A stretch of 64,000 nucleotides of DNA from a virus. Of the stretch, positions 46,479 through 55,334 are shown in pieces. The stretch's first letter is position 1; each line of letters opens with the position of its first letter. The stretch is taken from the IMG/VR virus record IMGVR_UViG_3300045256_000282, positions 32,001-96,000 of that record; one strand, written 5' to 3'. Below the pieces are notes generated by a model. That model was given only the letters and a program-made list of their open reading frames with translations, did no database searches and had not been told where the DNA came from. The position numbers were made by a program, and so were the translations under genes.

Positions 46479-47441
46479 TCAAGCGGCTGTTGCCAACATG
46501 ACCCCTATATCGAGCGCTCGCTTGTTAAGCGTTGCGCTCTGCCCAAACCACATCTGATCAAGACGAACCTGATTATCTTCACCCCTCTCGTACTGGAGGT
46601 ACTCGCTTACAGCGTTGTAAGCTGCCCACATAGTACCCTTAACACCAGGGAGATCGTTGCCTCGTCCTTTTTCAAACAGAGGCTGAACAGCGTTGATGAT
46701 GCGCTTGTTGTTGATGTTAGCTACGTTACCTTCAGCTTCCAAGATCTTCTTGTTGGAGTTGAAGACGAGCTTCACGTACTTCTCAAGATCTGCCTGATTG
46801 ATCTCTTTTGAGGCAAGTAGGCGATATTGATCAGCGGTAGACTCAAACTCTGCGTTAGCAAGGTTCATGACGTTACGAATCTCTTCGAGGTTCGACACAA
46901 CGTTCTTGGTATGACGAACTCGGATAAGCTTGCTTGCCTTCGAATCGTGAGCAAGAGCCATCGTGTTTGCGCAGACCACTCTAATTGGGGTGAAGCCCAC
47001 TCGAACCGCAAGGGTTCCGTCGTGACTGTTAGACAAGAGGACGTACTTTTGAACCGCGTCACCCTTTACTACTTCCATCGGATCAAGCTTAAGCTTAGCG
47101 AGTACGAACACGCGCTGACCTTGGCGAAGGCTTCCAGCCGTCTCGATAGCAGCTTCGCCACTTTCGATGAAGGGGCGGAAGAACTCAAAAGCTTCCGTAT
47201 TCTGCAAAGGGTTATATGAAGGACCAACAACGCCCAAGATGCGAGAATCGCTTGAGCGACGGGTAGCAAGAGCGGGGAGGATCTCTCCGCCTTGGCTAAG
47301 GACTGGTTCGGTCGTAACCTTCCAGTCAAGTCCAGCGGCAACGATAGCGTCTTCAAGGCTAGGGGCCTCTACGAATCGTTTACCTAGCTTGTGCCAGGGG
47401 GTTTCTCCTACGTACAGCATTTGTTCAATTTCGTGGGCCAT
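46479..47441 (-). CDS. DUF932 / TIGR03299 phage-plasmid protein
   Basis: MAHE, PWH.LG, AGLDW.V, QN.EAF, ETAGSL..G, NSHDG, TPIRVVC.NT, T.WAAYNAV.EY; promoter 47483-47510. Confidence 0.9.
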   Translation of the reverse strand: MAHEIEQMLYVGETPWHKLGKRFVEAPSLEDAIVAAGLDWKVTTEPVLSQGGEILPALATRRSSDSRILGVVGPSYNPLQNTEAFEFFRPFIESGEAAIETAGSLRQGQRVFVLAKLKLDPMEVVKGDAVQKYVLLSNSHDGTLAVRVGFTPIRVVCANTMALAHDSKASKLIRVRHTKNVVSNLEEIRNVMNLANAEFESTADQYRLLASKEINQADLEKYVKLVFNSNKKILEAEGNVANINNKRIINAVQPLFEKGRGNDLPGVKGTMWAAYNAVSEYLQYERGEDNQVRLDQMWFGQSATLNKRALDIGVMLATAA

Positions 47442-47584
47442 TTGATTTCTCCTTCGTAAAAGCTTTATTGCCTTACAAGATCAGAATACCATACCCAAAC
47501 AGTAAGTCAAAGAAAAAGTAATCACTATCTCAAATATATGAGATTTGAACAAAAAAATATACGTCAACTAAAAGAAAAAGGGGC

Positions 47585-47707
47585 TCATCTATAAGCTTTC
47601 TTAATCTTATTGTACAGTATCTTAAGCCCCACGTAGGTTAGTGCTAAGGGTATTCCGCCAGGGATCAGGACAATAGCCGCAAGTACGGCCTTCTTTGTTT
47701 TTGTCAT
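47585..47707 (-). CDS. 40-aa membrane peptide (not in ORF track)
   Basis: MTKTKKAVLAAIVLIPGGIPLALTYVGL..., ATGA overlap with dut. Confidence 0.5.
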   Translation of the reverse strand: MTKTKKAVLAAIVLIPGGIPLALTYVGLKILYNKIKKAYR

Positions 47708-48171
47708 TTTCCACTTGAACCAAAACCACCCTCTCCGCGTTCTGAGGTAGACAATTCCTCACTTAGAACAGGAATAACGGTAGGATAAGGGATGATGATA
47801 AGTTGGCCGATCTTGTCCCCAACATTGTATCTTGCCATCTTATCTGCAAGTTCATCAAAAGCTTTTCCGTCGATCTTAAAACGAAGCTTGATCTCTCCAC
47901 GATAGCCACTATCGATCACGCCCACAGAGTTCGCAAGGATAAGACCCGTTTTGCTGATAGACGATCTTGGGAAGAGTAGTCCTACGTATCCTTCAGGGAT
48001 ATCTACAGACAACCCTGTGCCGTATTCTAGGAAATAAAAACCATTATCCGCATCTGCGGTAGAAGACGCTGATGTTGCGGTCAGATCTAGACCGGCGTCA
48101 CCTAACTTTGCGTAGCTGGGTAGGACAGCATTGTTGTCTAATTTCTTAAATTTAATTTCCATATTTTCCAT
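47704..48171 (-). CDS. dut: dUTPase (trimeric)
   Basis: AGLDL, PRSS, NSVGVIDSGYRGEI, KIGQL, RGEGGFGSSG. Confidence 0.95.
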   Translation of the reverse strand: MENMEIKFKKLDNNAVLPSYAKLGDAGLDLTATSASSTADADNGFYFLEYGTGLSVDIPEGYVGLLFPRSSISKTGLILANSVGVIDSGYRGEIKLRFKIDGKAFDELADKMARYNVGDKIGQLIIIPYPTVIPVLSEELSTSERGEGGFGSSGK

Positions 48172-49039
48172 CCCTTTTTTCTGCGTTAAAATGAACCATA
48201 GAGGCCATTACTGTTCTCCAGGTTCTGCTTTTTGCCCCCTTAGCATCAATATCTATGACTGGAACCTGAAGATCAAGGTATGAATGAGCCCAGTCCTCCA
48301 GGATTTGCGCTATCTTCTTGTTTGAGAAACCGTCCTTCATATCGTACGGAACTTCTGCCGTGTCTACGTAGATGATGCTAGGATCTTCTCTCAAAACGTA
48401 AAGACCGGGAGAGCTGATCGGATCGCATATCTTAAGTACGTGCTCCTTAACTTGATCATCTTTAAGCTCTGAATAGATCTTCTTCTCTAAGTCAATAAGC
48501 TTATGAAGCCAAGCATCGTATTCCGGGTCTCTGTCGTTTATATTCTTTAACCATTTGTCCATATCCCTGTCGGGTCTGGCAGAATCAAGCTGGTCGTGAG
48601 CGATATCACGAGCGAGGTCGCTTTTTGCTACAGCAAAAGACTGCACTGTTGATCCCCAGTACGTTTTTGTTAAACCCAAGGTGCTGATCGTACGAAAAAC
48701 GAAGCTGAAAAACAGATCTAAGTTAAACCATCTCTTTTTAATGTTGACCGTGTCTTTCCAGATGCCGTTAACATCTTCTAGCCAAGACTTAAAATCTAAA
48801 ATCCAGTGTTTTCGATCCTTCTTATCAAGCAAGTCGAGACCGACTTGGAAGTTGACATCTGTCCACGCATGACCTTCTACGTCGTATGACCCGTCTTCTT
48901 TTGGGCCATCGGTATCTATCTGCTTATTGTCCTCACCCCATTTTGGGTGGTTCCACTTCTCCATCCCGGTGATGGAGATCGCAAGATAGCCACGTTTTTT
49001 TGATGTTTTTACTACGTCTTCAAGTAAGTTCTTTGCCAT
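48152..49039 (-). CDS. Hypothetical protein
   Basis: 295 aa, AAGGA RBS. Confidence 0.65.
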   Translation of the reverse strand: MAKNLLEDVVKTSKKRGYLAISITGMEKWNHPKWGEDNKQIDTDGPKEDGSYDVEGHAWTDVNFQVGLDLLDKKDRKHWILDFKSWLEDVNGIWKDTVNIKKRWFNLDLFFSFVFRTISTLGLTKTYWGSTVQSFAVAKSDLARDIAHDQLDSARPDRDMDKWLKNINDRDPEYDAWLHKLIDLEKKIYSELKDDQVKEHVLKICDPISSPGLYVLREDPSIIYVDTAEVPYDMKDGFSNKKIAQILEDWAHSYLDLQVPVIDIDAKGAKSRTWRTVMASMVHFNAEKRDGKYGN

Positions 49040-49046
49040 ACGTTCC

Positions 49047-49406
49047 TTAATTATAGAGTGGATCTATCTTAAAACTAACCTTCCACCTTCGGTTAAAATC
49101 CTCTGGATTCATCACAAACCTAAGCAGACCTCTTCCTGGGTTTAACACTACTACGATCTCCTCCCTAACCTGCCGTCGCTCTATTACTCTTTTCTCGTAA
49201 GTGCGAAGCCTGTTGGATTCGATCTGGATCTCAGAAAGTATTGGTCCAGGAAACTCAATACCGAGCCAGCACTTTAACTTCATAAAAAAACCCACGGGCT
49301 TGAATATAACAGTCAGTCTTACCGTGCGTTTTTCGTGAGAAGCTATGGATCTTTCTATAAGTAAAGCGCCGCTAGTTTGATCCTTGGTGATCTTACAATC
49401 ACTCAC
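49047..49406 (-). CDS. Hypothetical protein
   Basis: 119 aa, GTGA-coupled. Confidence 0.5.
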   Translation of the reverse strand: MSDCKITKDQTSGALLIERSIASHEKRTVRLTVIFKPVGFFMKLKCWLGIEFPGPILSEIQIESNRLRTYEKRVIERRQVREEIVVVLNPGRGLLRFVMNPEDFNRRWKVSFKIDPLYN

Positions 49407-49738
49407 AGGTCGATCTTAGTACTTTCAAAAGCACGATTAAGTTGCTGAGACAAGTCTCCAGTAACTCCGATTAGTGTCGTGTTGGTGTTGTACCCAAACA
49501 ACTGAGCGACAGCCAGTGCTGTTACAGACTGACCTCGGTTTGCCACATAGCCGCCTCCAGGACCACGAATAGATTTCGTCATCCCTGCAACTCGAAGCTT
49601 GCGCACAACTTGCTCCACATAGTTGGTTGTTGAGCCGATCTTCTCAGCGATTACCTGACTTTTTACTGGAACCGTCTCGTTTTTGAGAACTTCCAGGGTT
49701 TTCAAAGCAATCTCTACGTTCTTGTTTACTTTTAACAT
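49403..49738 (-). CDS. Rrf2-family transcriptional regulator
   Basis: IA......Y.EQ...KLR.AG...S.RGPGGGY. Confidence 0.85.
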   Translation of the reverse strand: MLKVNKNVEIALKTLEVLKNETVPVKSQVIAEKIGSTTNYVEQVVRKLRVAGMTKSIRGPGGGYVANRGQSVTALAVAQLFGYNTNTTLIGVTGDLSQQLNRAFESTKIDL

Positions 49739-49974
49739 GTTATCTCCTTAGATTCGAACTTTTGTTCCGCTTACTCGCATCATGATTACAGGATCTTCGT
49801 GCTGGATATAGTCTCCCTCAAGATGGCCACGAATAGCTCCTAAGCTCATCAGAGCCTGCTCAACTAGGGCTTGAGCTTCACGATTTCTCGTTGATTCAAG
49901 CAGACCTCTCCCTATAGAGATCATCTTTTCCAGCGCTTCTTTTTGACTTACAAATTTATCGTGCATATATTCTC

Positions 49975-50298
49975 CTAAAAATTCCATCTTAGCATTAATG
50001 ATTGACTATCTCTTGATTTGCCCAACTCTAGTCTATCACAAAAGTCAGGTACTTTAAAGCCCACTTTCGCTTCTTCTCCGCGAGAAAGCTTGTATGCGGC
50101 AACTCCGTATCCGGCGGTTTTTTCGACCGCATCAGGCGTATACTTGTGGGCAGTGTTCTTGGCGTAGTTCTCAACCATCTCCATGTTCTGGTACAAACCC
50201 ACTTGTTTCGACGTAGCCTCGGAAGTGGTAGAACACATGTTAGATGGCATCCAACTCATACTTGCGCAAAAACTAGCTATTAAAAAACTGTTAAACAT
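49975..50298 (-). CDS. Secreted hypothetical protein
   Basis: Signal-like N-terminus, C-terminal LRWNF; GGAGGAG RBS. Confidence 0.55.
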   Translation of the reverse strand: MFNSFLIASFCASMSWMPSNMCSTTSEATSKQVGLYQNMEMVENYAKNTAHKYTPDAVEKTAGYGVAAYKLSRGEEAKVGFKVPDFCDRLELGKSRDSQSLMLRWNF

Positions 50299-50299
50299 A

Positions 50300-50512
50300 C
50301 TAATCTCCTCCACTACTCCAAGGATACCCCGGATCTTCTTCTTTTGCAAACGGAGGGGGGCCAGCATAGTAATCGATCTTAGTTTTAGAATTGTCCTTAA
50401 TTTTCAAGTTCTTATCGCTACACTTGGAGCAAGAGGGCGGGTTATTGACATTTAGCCAATTCTCCTCCCACTGGTAGCCACAATAATTGCACTCCAAGCT
50501 ATAGCGTTTCAT
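50300..50512 (-). CDS. Zinc-ribbon protein
   Basis: CNYC...CSKC. Confidence 0.6.
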   Translation of the reverse strand: MKRYSLECNYCGYQWEENWLNVNNPPSCSKCSDKNLKIKDNSKTKIDYYAGPPPFAKEEDPGYPWSSGGD

Positions 50513-50678
50513 TCGTCGCCCACAACGCCAAAGCTACTATTGCCCATAGACGAGGTTGCGTTTAGCTTGGAGGCTTCTTTTCGAGCCTCCTCCTCGTCCT
50601 TAAACTCAGCAACAATTCGAAAAGATCCCTTTCCTAGTTGCTCATATACCAACCAAACTCTAACTTCTCTTTGATAGC

Positions 50679-50915
50679 TCATCGACGACCTCCAAAGGTT
50701 CTTTCGTGATCTCTAACAGCTCGGTCGTGACTCTCCAGTTCATCGCAGAACTTTTGAATGGCTTTTGAGTTGTTCGAGATCGTGTTTAAGTCAACATCTC
50801 TGTAATCTAGCGCTGCTCTAGACTGTTCGTTCAATCCAGCCTGACATCCTCGGTTATACTCGCTTAATGACGCACAGCCAGAGAACAGAACCATGATAAG
50901 TGGTAAGTATTTCAT
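50679..50915 (-). CDS. Lipoprotein
   Basis: Lipobox FSGC, Y..GC..G. Confidence 0.65.
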   Translation of the reverse strand: MKYLPLIMVLFSGCASLSEYNRGCQAGLNEQSRAALDYRDVDLNTISNNSKAIQKFCDELESHDRAVRDHERTFGGRR

Positions 50916-50916
50916 A

Positions 50917-51231
50917 CTACTCTCCTTTGACCTTAAGCAATTTAAACGTAAGCGCTACGCCAAGAAGGGCTACTACGATCTGAACAAAAAGACCGAAAAC
51001 CATTCCGACCACTCCACTCGAGTAGATCAGCACCATACCTGCAGCAGAACCTGCGCCTTGAGTTACAAGACGATGAGGTGCTCCCAAAAGACCCCCGATC
51101 AGCAGGAGTACCGAGGCCATAGTCATGTGGTTATCAAACAAGGCTAACACGCCAGTCATGCTGACCAAGAACCAAGCGATAACCAAAACCTTACCGTACT
51201 TTTCATTCAAACTTCTAATCTTATCTAACAT
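50917..51231 (-). CDS. Integral membrane protein
   Basis: Three to four TM segments. Confidence 0.65.
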   Translation of the reverse strand: MLDKIRSLNEKYGKVLVIAWFLVSMTGVLALFDNHMTMASVLLLIGGLLGAPHRLVTQGAGSAAGMVLIYSSGVVGMVFGLFVQIVVALLGVALTFKLLKVKGE

Positions 51232-51243
51232 ACCTTCTCCTTA

Positions 51244-51741
51244 TCACCAGGGAATCATTATTTGAAGTCCCAAGGTATCTCTTCCCTGGTTGGGTTTAAA
51301 GATACCGGCACTCGAGATGTGCTTGTATTGAAATCCGATAGATACTTTTGTTTTTTGATCCCTGATCCCAAAACCAAAGTCCTCAAAGAATTGCGCAGGT
51401 CCACCTAGAACCGTATCTGGGGAGCTGATGAGGCCAACACCCTGAAAGAAGTTGACGTACAGAGCGCCAGCCGTTGGCTCGACACCAATCGAGTAAGATC
51501 CAAAAGCACTGCTTTTAGCGCCATCTCGTCCAGAATGGTCAGACCAGAATCCGATCTCCCACTTCTTCTCAAGAAACGCAAGCTCGTCTTGGTAACCTAG
51601 AGATAAGCCCTTTTGAGCAGCCACGTCTTCGGTGTGAGCGTTCACAGAATACTTTAAAAACGTACCTTCCGCGCCAAGAGACCTGGCTGGCGAAAAGGCC
51701 ACTAGAGAAAACAAGCTAATAATAAGTAAAAACTTTTTCAC
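51244..51741 (-). CDS. pagL: Lipid A 3-O-deacylase (PagL / acyloxyacyl hydrolase family)
   Basis: Signal peptide, beta-barrel pattern, LGG..QF...G.G and Y.HISSAGI..PN.G.D catalytic motif, terminal aromatic. Confidence 0.75.
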   Translation of the reverse strand: MKKFLLIISLFSLVAFSPARSLGAEGTFLKYSVNAHTEDVAAQKGLSLGYQDELAFLEKKWEIGFWSDHSGRDGAKSSAFGSYSIGVEPTAGALYVNFFQGVGLISSPDTVLGGPAQFFEDFGFGIRDQKTKVSIGFQYKHISSAGIFKPNQGRDTLGLQIMIPW

Positions 51742-52040
51742 GATACCTCCGTTTGGAATCTATAAGCTTTTTCTATAAAGTTCTCAATGTCCAGCATAGC
51801 AGCGCTTGCATCTAAGATCAACTTGTCAAAATCTTGTTTTGTGGCGAACTGTACGTTATCCACCGTACGATGAACCTCATACGGCTTACATCCAAAATCG
51901 TGAATCTCAAACACAACCGTGTCGTGAAACACGAAGCTAACCTTTCCTGGGTACGTCTTAGTGCCGTCCCAGTTAACTCCCACTACCCATCTACCAATGT
52001 CTTTTTCCGTAATCAAATTGCCTCCGATATCTTGCACCAA
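51738..52040 (-). CDS. Hypothetical protein
   Basis: 100 aa. Confidence 0.5.
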   Translation of the reverse strand: MVQDIGGNLITEKDIGRWVVGVNWDGTKTYPGKVSFVFHDTVVFEIHDFGCKPYEVHRTVDNVQFATKQDFDKLILDASAAMLDIENFIEKAYRFQTEVS

Positions 52041-52336
52041 TGAGCATGGCGGTTGGGGTTTGACGTCTTATGCGCCCCGCAGTCACATTCTGGCACACTT
52101 TTTGCGCTTGTAATCTCTACAGGGGGCATGTCGTCTAGGTCGTACATCTTGCCAGGCATTCCAGGAGGGGTGAAATCGATGATGTTACCCCCATACCCCG
52201 TTACCCAAACTTCTAGATGTCCATCCCATTGGTACGTGTCCGTGTAGGATGTGAATACATATCCGTCGTTCGGAGCTTCTTTCCAGGAACCATCCGGCCA
52301 ATAGGTAAAAGTTTTATACATAACTAGGTTTTTCAT
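52013..52336 (-). CDS. Protein with C-terminal CxCGA-K...H.HWC metal-binding motif
   Basis: ECDCGAHK...HAHWC; GAGG RBS. Confidence 0.65.
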   Translation of the reverse strand: MKNLVMYKTFTYWPDGSWKEAPNDGYVFTSYTDTYQWDGHLEVWVTGYGGNIIDFTPPGMPGKMYDLDDMPPVEITSAKSVPECDCGAHKTSNPNRHAHWCKISEAI

Positions 52337-52480
52337 TTTTTGACCTCGTACAAGTAGGTTAGGCAAAAGCCCGCCAATATCGCCGTAATAATCGCCTGAA
52401 CACCGAGGAACATGGCGATCTCGTTCGTAAACAGTATAGAAGTTCCGAAGTAAAAGACTGAATAAGCAATCCCTAAGCTT

Positions 52481-52741
52481 TTAGCGGCGCTTAGTATGTT
52501 TCTTAGAAGCTTTTTCATTCTTCTTTCCTTTCAATGACTTAGACGCTTTTTCTGACTTTTTAAGCTTAGAAAGTTCTGCCTCAAGCTTAGAGATCTCGTC
52601 CTCGATGCGCTCCGCCTGAACCACGAAGATCATCATCAGAGACTCGTGATTTTTGGAACCTTCAGCGGCACGATCCGTAGCAGCCAGAAGGCGCTTGTGA
52701 TGTTCTATATCTTGACGTAATTGCTCAAGTTTTGTACTCAT
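52481..52741 (-). CDS. Coiled-coil early protein
   Basis: Promoter 52759-52787 TTGACC-17-TATTCT, AGGAG RBS. Confidence 0.6.
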   Translation of the reverse strand: MSTKLEQLRQDIEHHKRLLAATDRAAEGSKNHESLMMIFVVQAERIEDEISKLEAELSKLKKSEKASKSLKGKKNEKASKKHTKRR

Positions 52742-52816
52742 CTTTTTCTCCTGAAACCAGAATATCAATCCGAACGGTATTGGTCAAGTGATATTATGTT
52801 ATATGCAGTTGCCCTG

Positions 52817-52847
52817 AATCTTTAAAGGGATAGGGATAGGGGTAGGG
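52817..52847 (+). promoter_or_regulatory. AATCTTT late promoter element followed by G-quadruplex motif
   Basis: AATCTTT 52817-52823; GGGATAGGGATAGGGGTAGGG 52827-52847. Confidence 0.6.
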
Positions 52848-52898
52848 ACAGTCTTGGTTGTTACACCGCAACTTAGACTTAAGTAGTTGATTTTAATT

Positions 52899-55331
52899 AT
52901 GAAAAAAGAAATTCGATTTTCTGCCAAATTAGACACACAAGAGTTCGACCGTACAGTAGATCAACTACAGCGGAAGTTGAAGGATATCTATAAGGGTTCT
53001 GAGCAAACCCGCACGTCCTATCAAAACCAAGACCGAATGAGCCGGTTGGGCCTTGGTCAGGCACCAAGCGCCTCTGATAGGAACAAGCTAGATCAGGCCG
53101 ACGCAAAAGCTAGGCGAGATACCGACCAGTTTATAAAGCAACAGGTCAGAGATCAGGAAAAACTCGCTAAGACCATTAACTCTCAGGTCGAGGAGATGAA
53201 GAAGCTCCAAAAGATTCAAAAAGAACTTGCGAAAGATTCTGAAGAATACTTTAAAACGCAACAAAAACTTTCTCAGCTAGAAAAGCAGACCTCCATGAAC
53301 CGCGCCCAAATGCAGGCAAAAGATTCAGCGATATCAAACGCGCTGGATCAGCGGGAAGGAATGGGGATTGGTGGATTGGGCCGTTTAAGACAGGCGTACC
53401 AAAACGGAGGTATTGGCGGAGCAATGACCGCTGGCGGACGGATGGGCTCGCAATACCTGCGAGGCCTAGGACCCGGAGCACTTGCCGGGACTGTCTTGGG
53501 GGCGGCTGGATCTGCTCTTGCAATTCATTCTCAAATAGGCCTAGATATTGGAATGGCTCCTTCTGTTGCTTCTCAAAATAGGGGTCAGGCAGCTTCTACC
53601 TACAACGAAAACCTTCAAAACATTTTTTCTGGAAATGGTTATGAGGACGTATTCTATGCAAAAGAAAACAAAAAAGCCAGGGAAGATGCAAAAAAGGCAG
53701 TCGATGCTAAGCGAAAAAGCGATAAGGAAGGCATCTTTTCCCAATTTTTACAGGGCGCTGGAGGAGGCGCGGTTGCGGGCGGTGCGGCAGGATCTTTTTT
53801 TGGTGGCATTGGGGCTGGACCGGGGGCGATAATTGGAGGAATAATTGGAGGAATAGCCTCTCTTTTCAAAAATAGGGAAACCATCCTTGGAAATATGGGT
53901 GTAGGCCCCTACAAAGATACCCTAGAGTCTAAGTATGACGTTTTTGAATCTGATACGTTTAAAAGAAACAAAGAAGCAAATAAACAATTAGATCCCATCA
54001 AGAAGCTTGCTTTTGAAGATTTTCAAAAAAACATGATGCAAAATCTTAACTTCCAAAGAAGCACCGGGATAAACGATCAGCAGATGTTTGATTTTAATGA
54101 CCAGATAACTAGGTCTGGCTTTACTCGAAGCATGGGTAGGGAGGCCTCGCAAGGAATTCTTGCCGCTGGTGGATCTACCAGAGGAGCGCTAGGAAACGCG
54201 AGCCTATCTCTTCAGATGCAAAGGGATTACAACCTCACAAACGCAAATCAGGTACTCGGACGATTAAGCGGCACGATGGGCTCTGCCGCAGCTTCTGAAA
54301 AATCTTTGATATCCGTATTAGCCGCTGGTATGAAGGAAGGGTTAGACAAGTCTGAGTTTGCTGAAGAAAATAGGAAATTTACACAGGCCATAAGCGAGAC
54401 CATATATAGGACAGGCGCAAACGATCCGGCCACCGCTGCCATGATAGCAAACAGGGAGGCCAGCTTCTTAGCAAGCAAGACGACTAGGGGTATTGAGGCT
54501 GCTCAGTCGGCGTCTCAATTTGTTTCTGGCATCGAAAAACAAGGATCTGGCATAGGATCAGTTCTTGAAATGGGTGGCATGCTTAGCAATAAGAACCTAA
54601 GCAAGCTAAATCCAGTGTCTATGTCGGCTATTCAAAATATGGACATGAACCAGATCATGTCTCTAAGCCCAGCAGAGAAAAGTTCTCTCACTAGACAGGC
54701 TGGTTTTAATAGCTTTGACGAGTTTATTCAGGCCGTAGCACCTAACAAAGAGATGAAGCTTGCCGGACAGCTACCTCAGCTTTACGAGTCTGTTCAAAAA
54801 TCTAAGAAATTTAACGAAGCAAACAAGATGGGTCCTTTGACTAAGGAGCAGCAAGCTGAAGGCGAAGACGCAGAGGCTGGAGTGAAACTTGCACTTAAGG
54901 CCGGTTTTGGTTTAGATAATGCCTCCGCAGATTCGGTTTACAAAGAGATGATGGATACTGGAAAGTTTGACATAGCATCCATCAAGAAGATGAGTGAAAA
55001 GGTTCAAAGTTCTGCAGGAGCACCCACCGGAAGAGCCGCAGATACGGTGATCGGATCTGCTGCCTCAAACGAAGCTGCCGTTAACACGCTTCAAAAAAAC
55101 TTCATACCACAAATCGATAGCGCGGCCAGCTCCGTAGGTAAGTTTGCTGATGAGATCAACAAGTCACTAGAAACTATCCGAAAATTAGGAGAAGCTGGTA
55201 AGCAGGGGGATATGGTGGAAGAACTTAAGAAGCTCAACTCGAACATATCGTCTCGTTTTGCAGATCAACTCGGTAAGGATTCGAACGGGAAGCCCTTGGT
55301 TCAAGACCAGGGTTCTCCTCGAAGGGAATAG
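52899..55331 (+). CDS. Tape measure protein
   Basis: 810 aa; N-terminal I...A.LDT..F, coiled coil, Gly/Ala-rich hydrophobic segments; precedes hub/spike. Confidence 0.8.
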   Translation: MKKEIRFSAKLDTQEFDRTVDQLQRKLKDIYKGSEQTRTSYQNQDRMSRLGLGQAPSASDRNKLDQADAKARRDTDQFIKQQVRDQEKLAKTINSQVEEMKKLQKIQKELAKDSEEYFKTQQKLSQLEKQTSMNRAQMQAKDSAISNALDQREGMGIGGLGRLRQAYQNGGIGGAMTAGGRMGSQYLRGLGPGALAGTVLGAAGSALAIHSQIGLDIGMAPSVASQNRGQAASTYNENLQNIFSGNGYEDVFYAKENKKAREDAKKAVDAKRKSDKEGIFSQFLQGAGGGAVAGGAAGSFFGGIGAGPGAIIGGIIGGIASLFKNRETILGNMGVGPYKDTLESKYDVFESDTFKRNKEANKQLDPIKKLAFEDFQKNMMQNLNFQRSTGINDQQMFDFNDQITRSGFTRSMGREASQGILAAGGSTRGALGNASLSLQMQRDYNLTNANQVLGRLSGTMGSAAASEKSLISVLAAGMKEGLDKSEFAEENRKFTQAISETIYRTGANDPATAAMIANREASFLASKTTRGIEAAQSASQFVSGIEKQGSGIGSVLEMGGMLSNKNLSKLNPVSMSAIQNMDMNQIMSLSPAEKSSLTRQAGFNSFDEFIQAVAPNKEMKLAGQLPQLYESVQKSKKFNEANKMGPLTKEQQAEGEDAEAGVKLALKAGFGLDNASADSVYKEMMDTGKFDIASIKKMSEKVQSSAGAPTGRAADTVIGSAASNEAAVNTLQKNFIPQIDSAASSVGKFADEINKSLETIRKLGEAGKQGDMVEELKKLNSNISSRFADQLGKDSNGKPLVQDQGSPRRE

Positions 55332-55334
55332 TAA

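Noticed and set aside
47603-47608. AATCTT on the plus strand
   Set aside because: Lies inside a small minus-strand ORF with no plus-strand gene downstream; likely a chance hexamer
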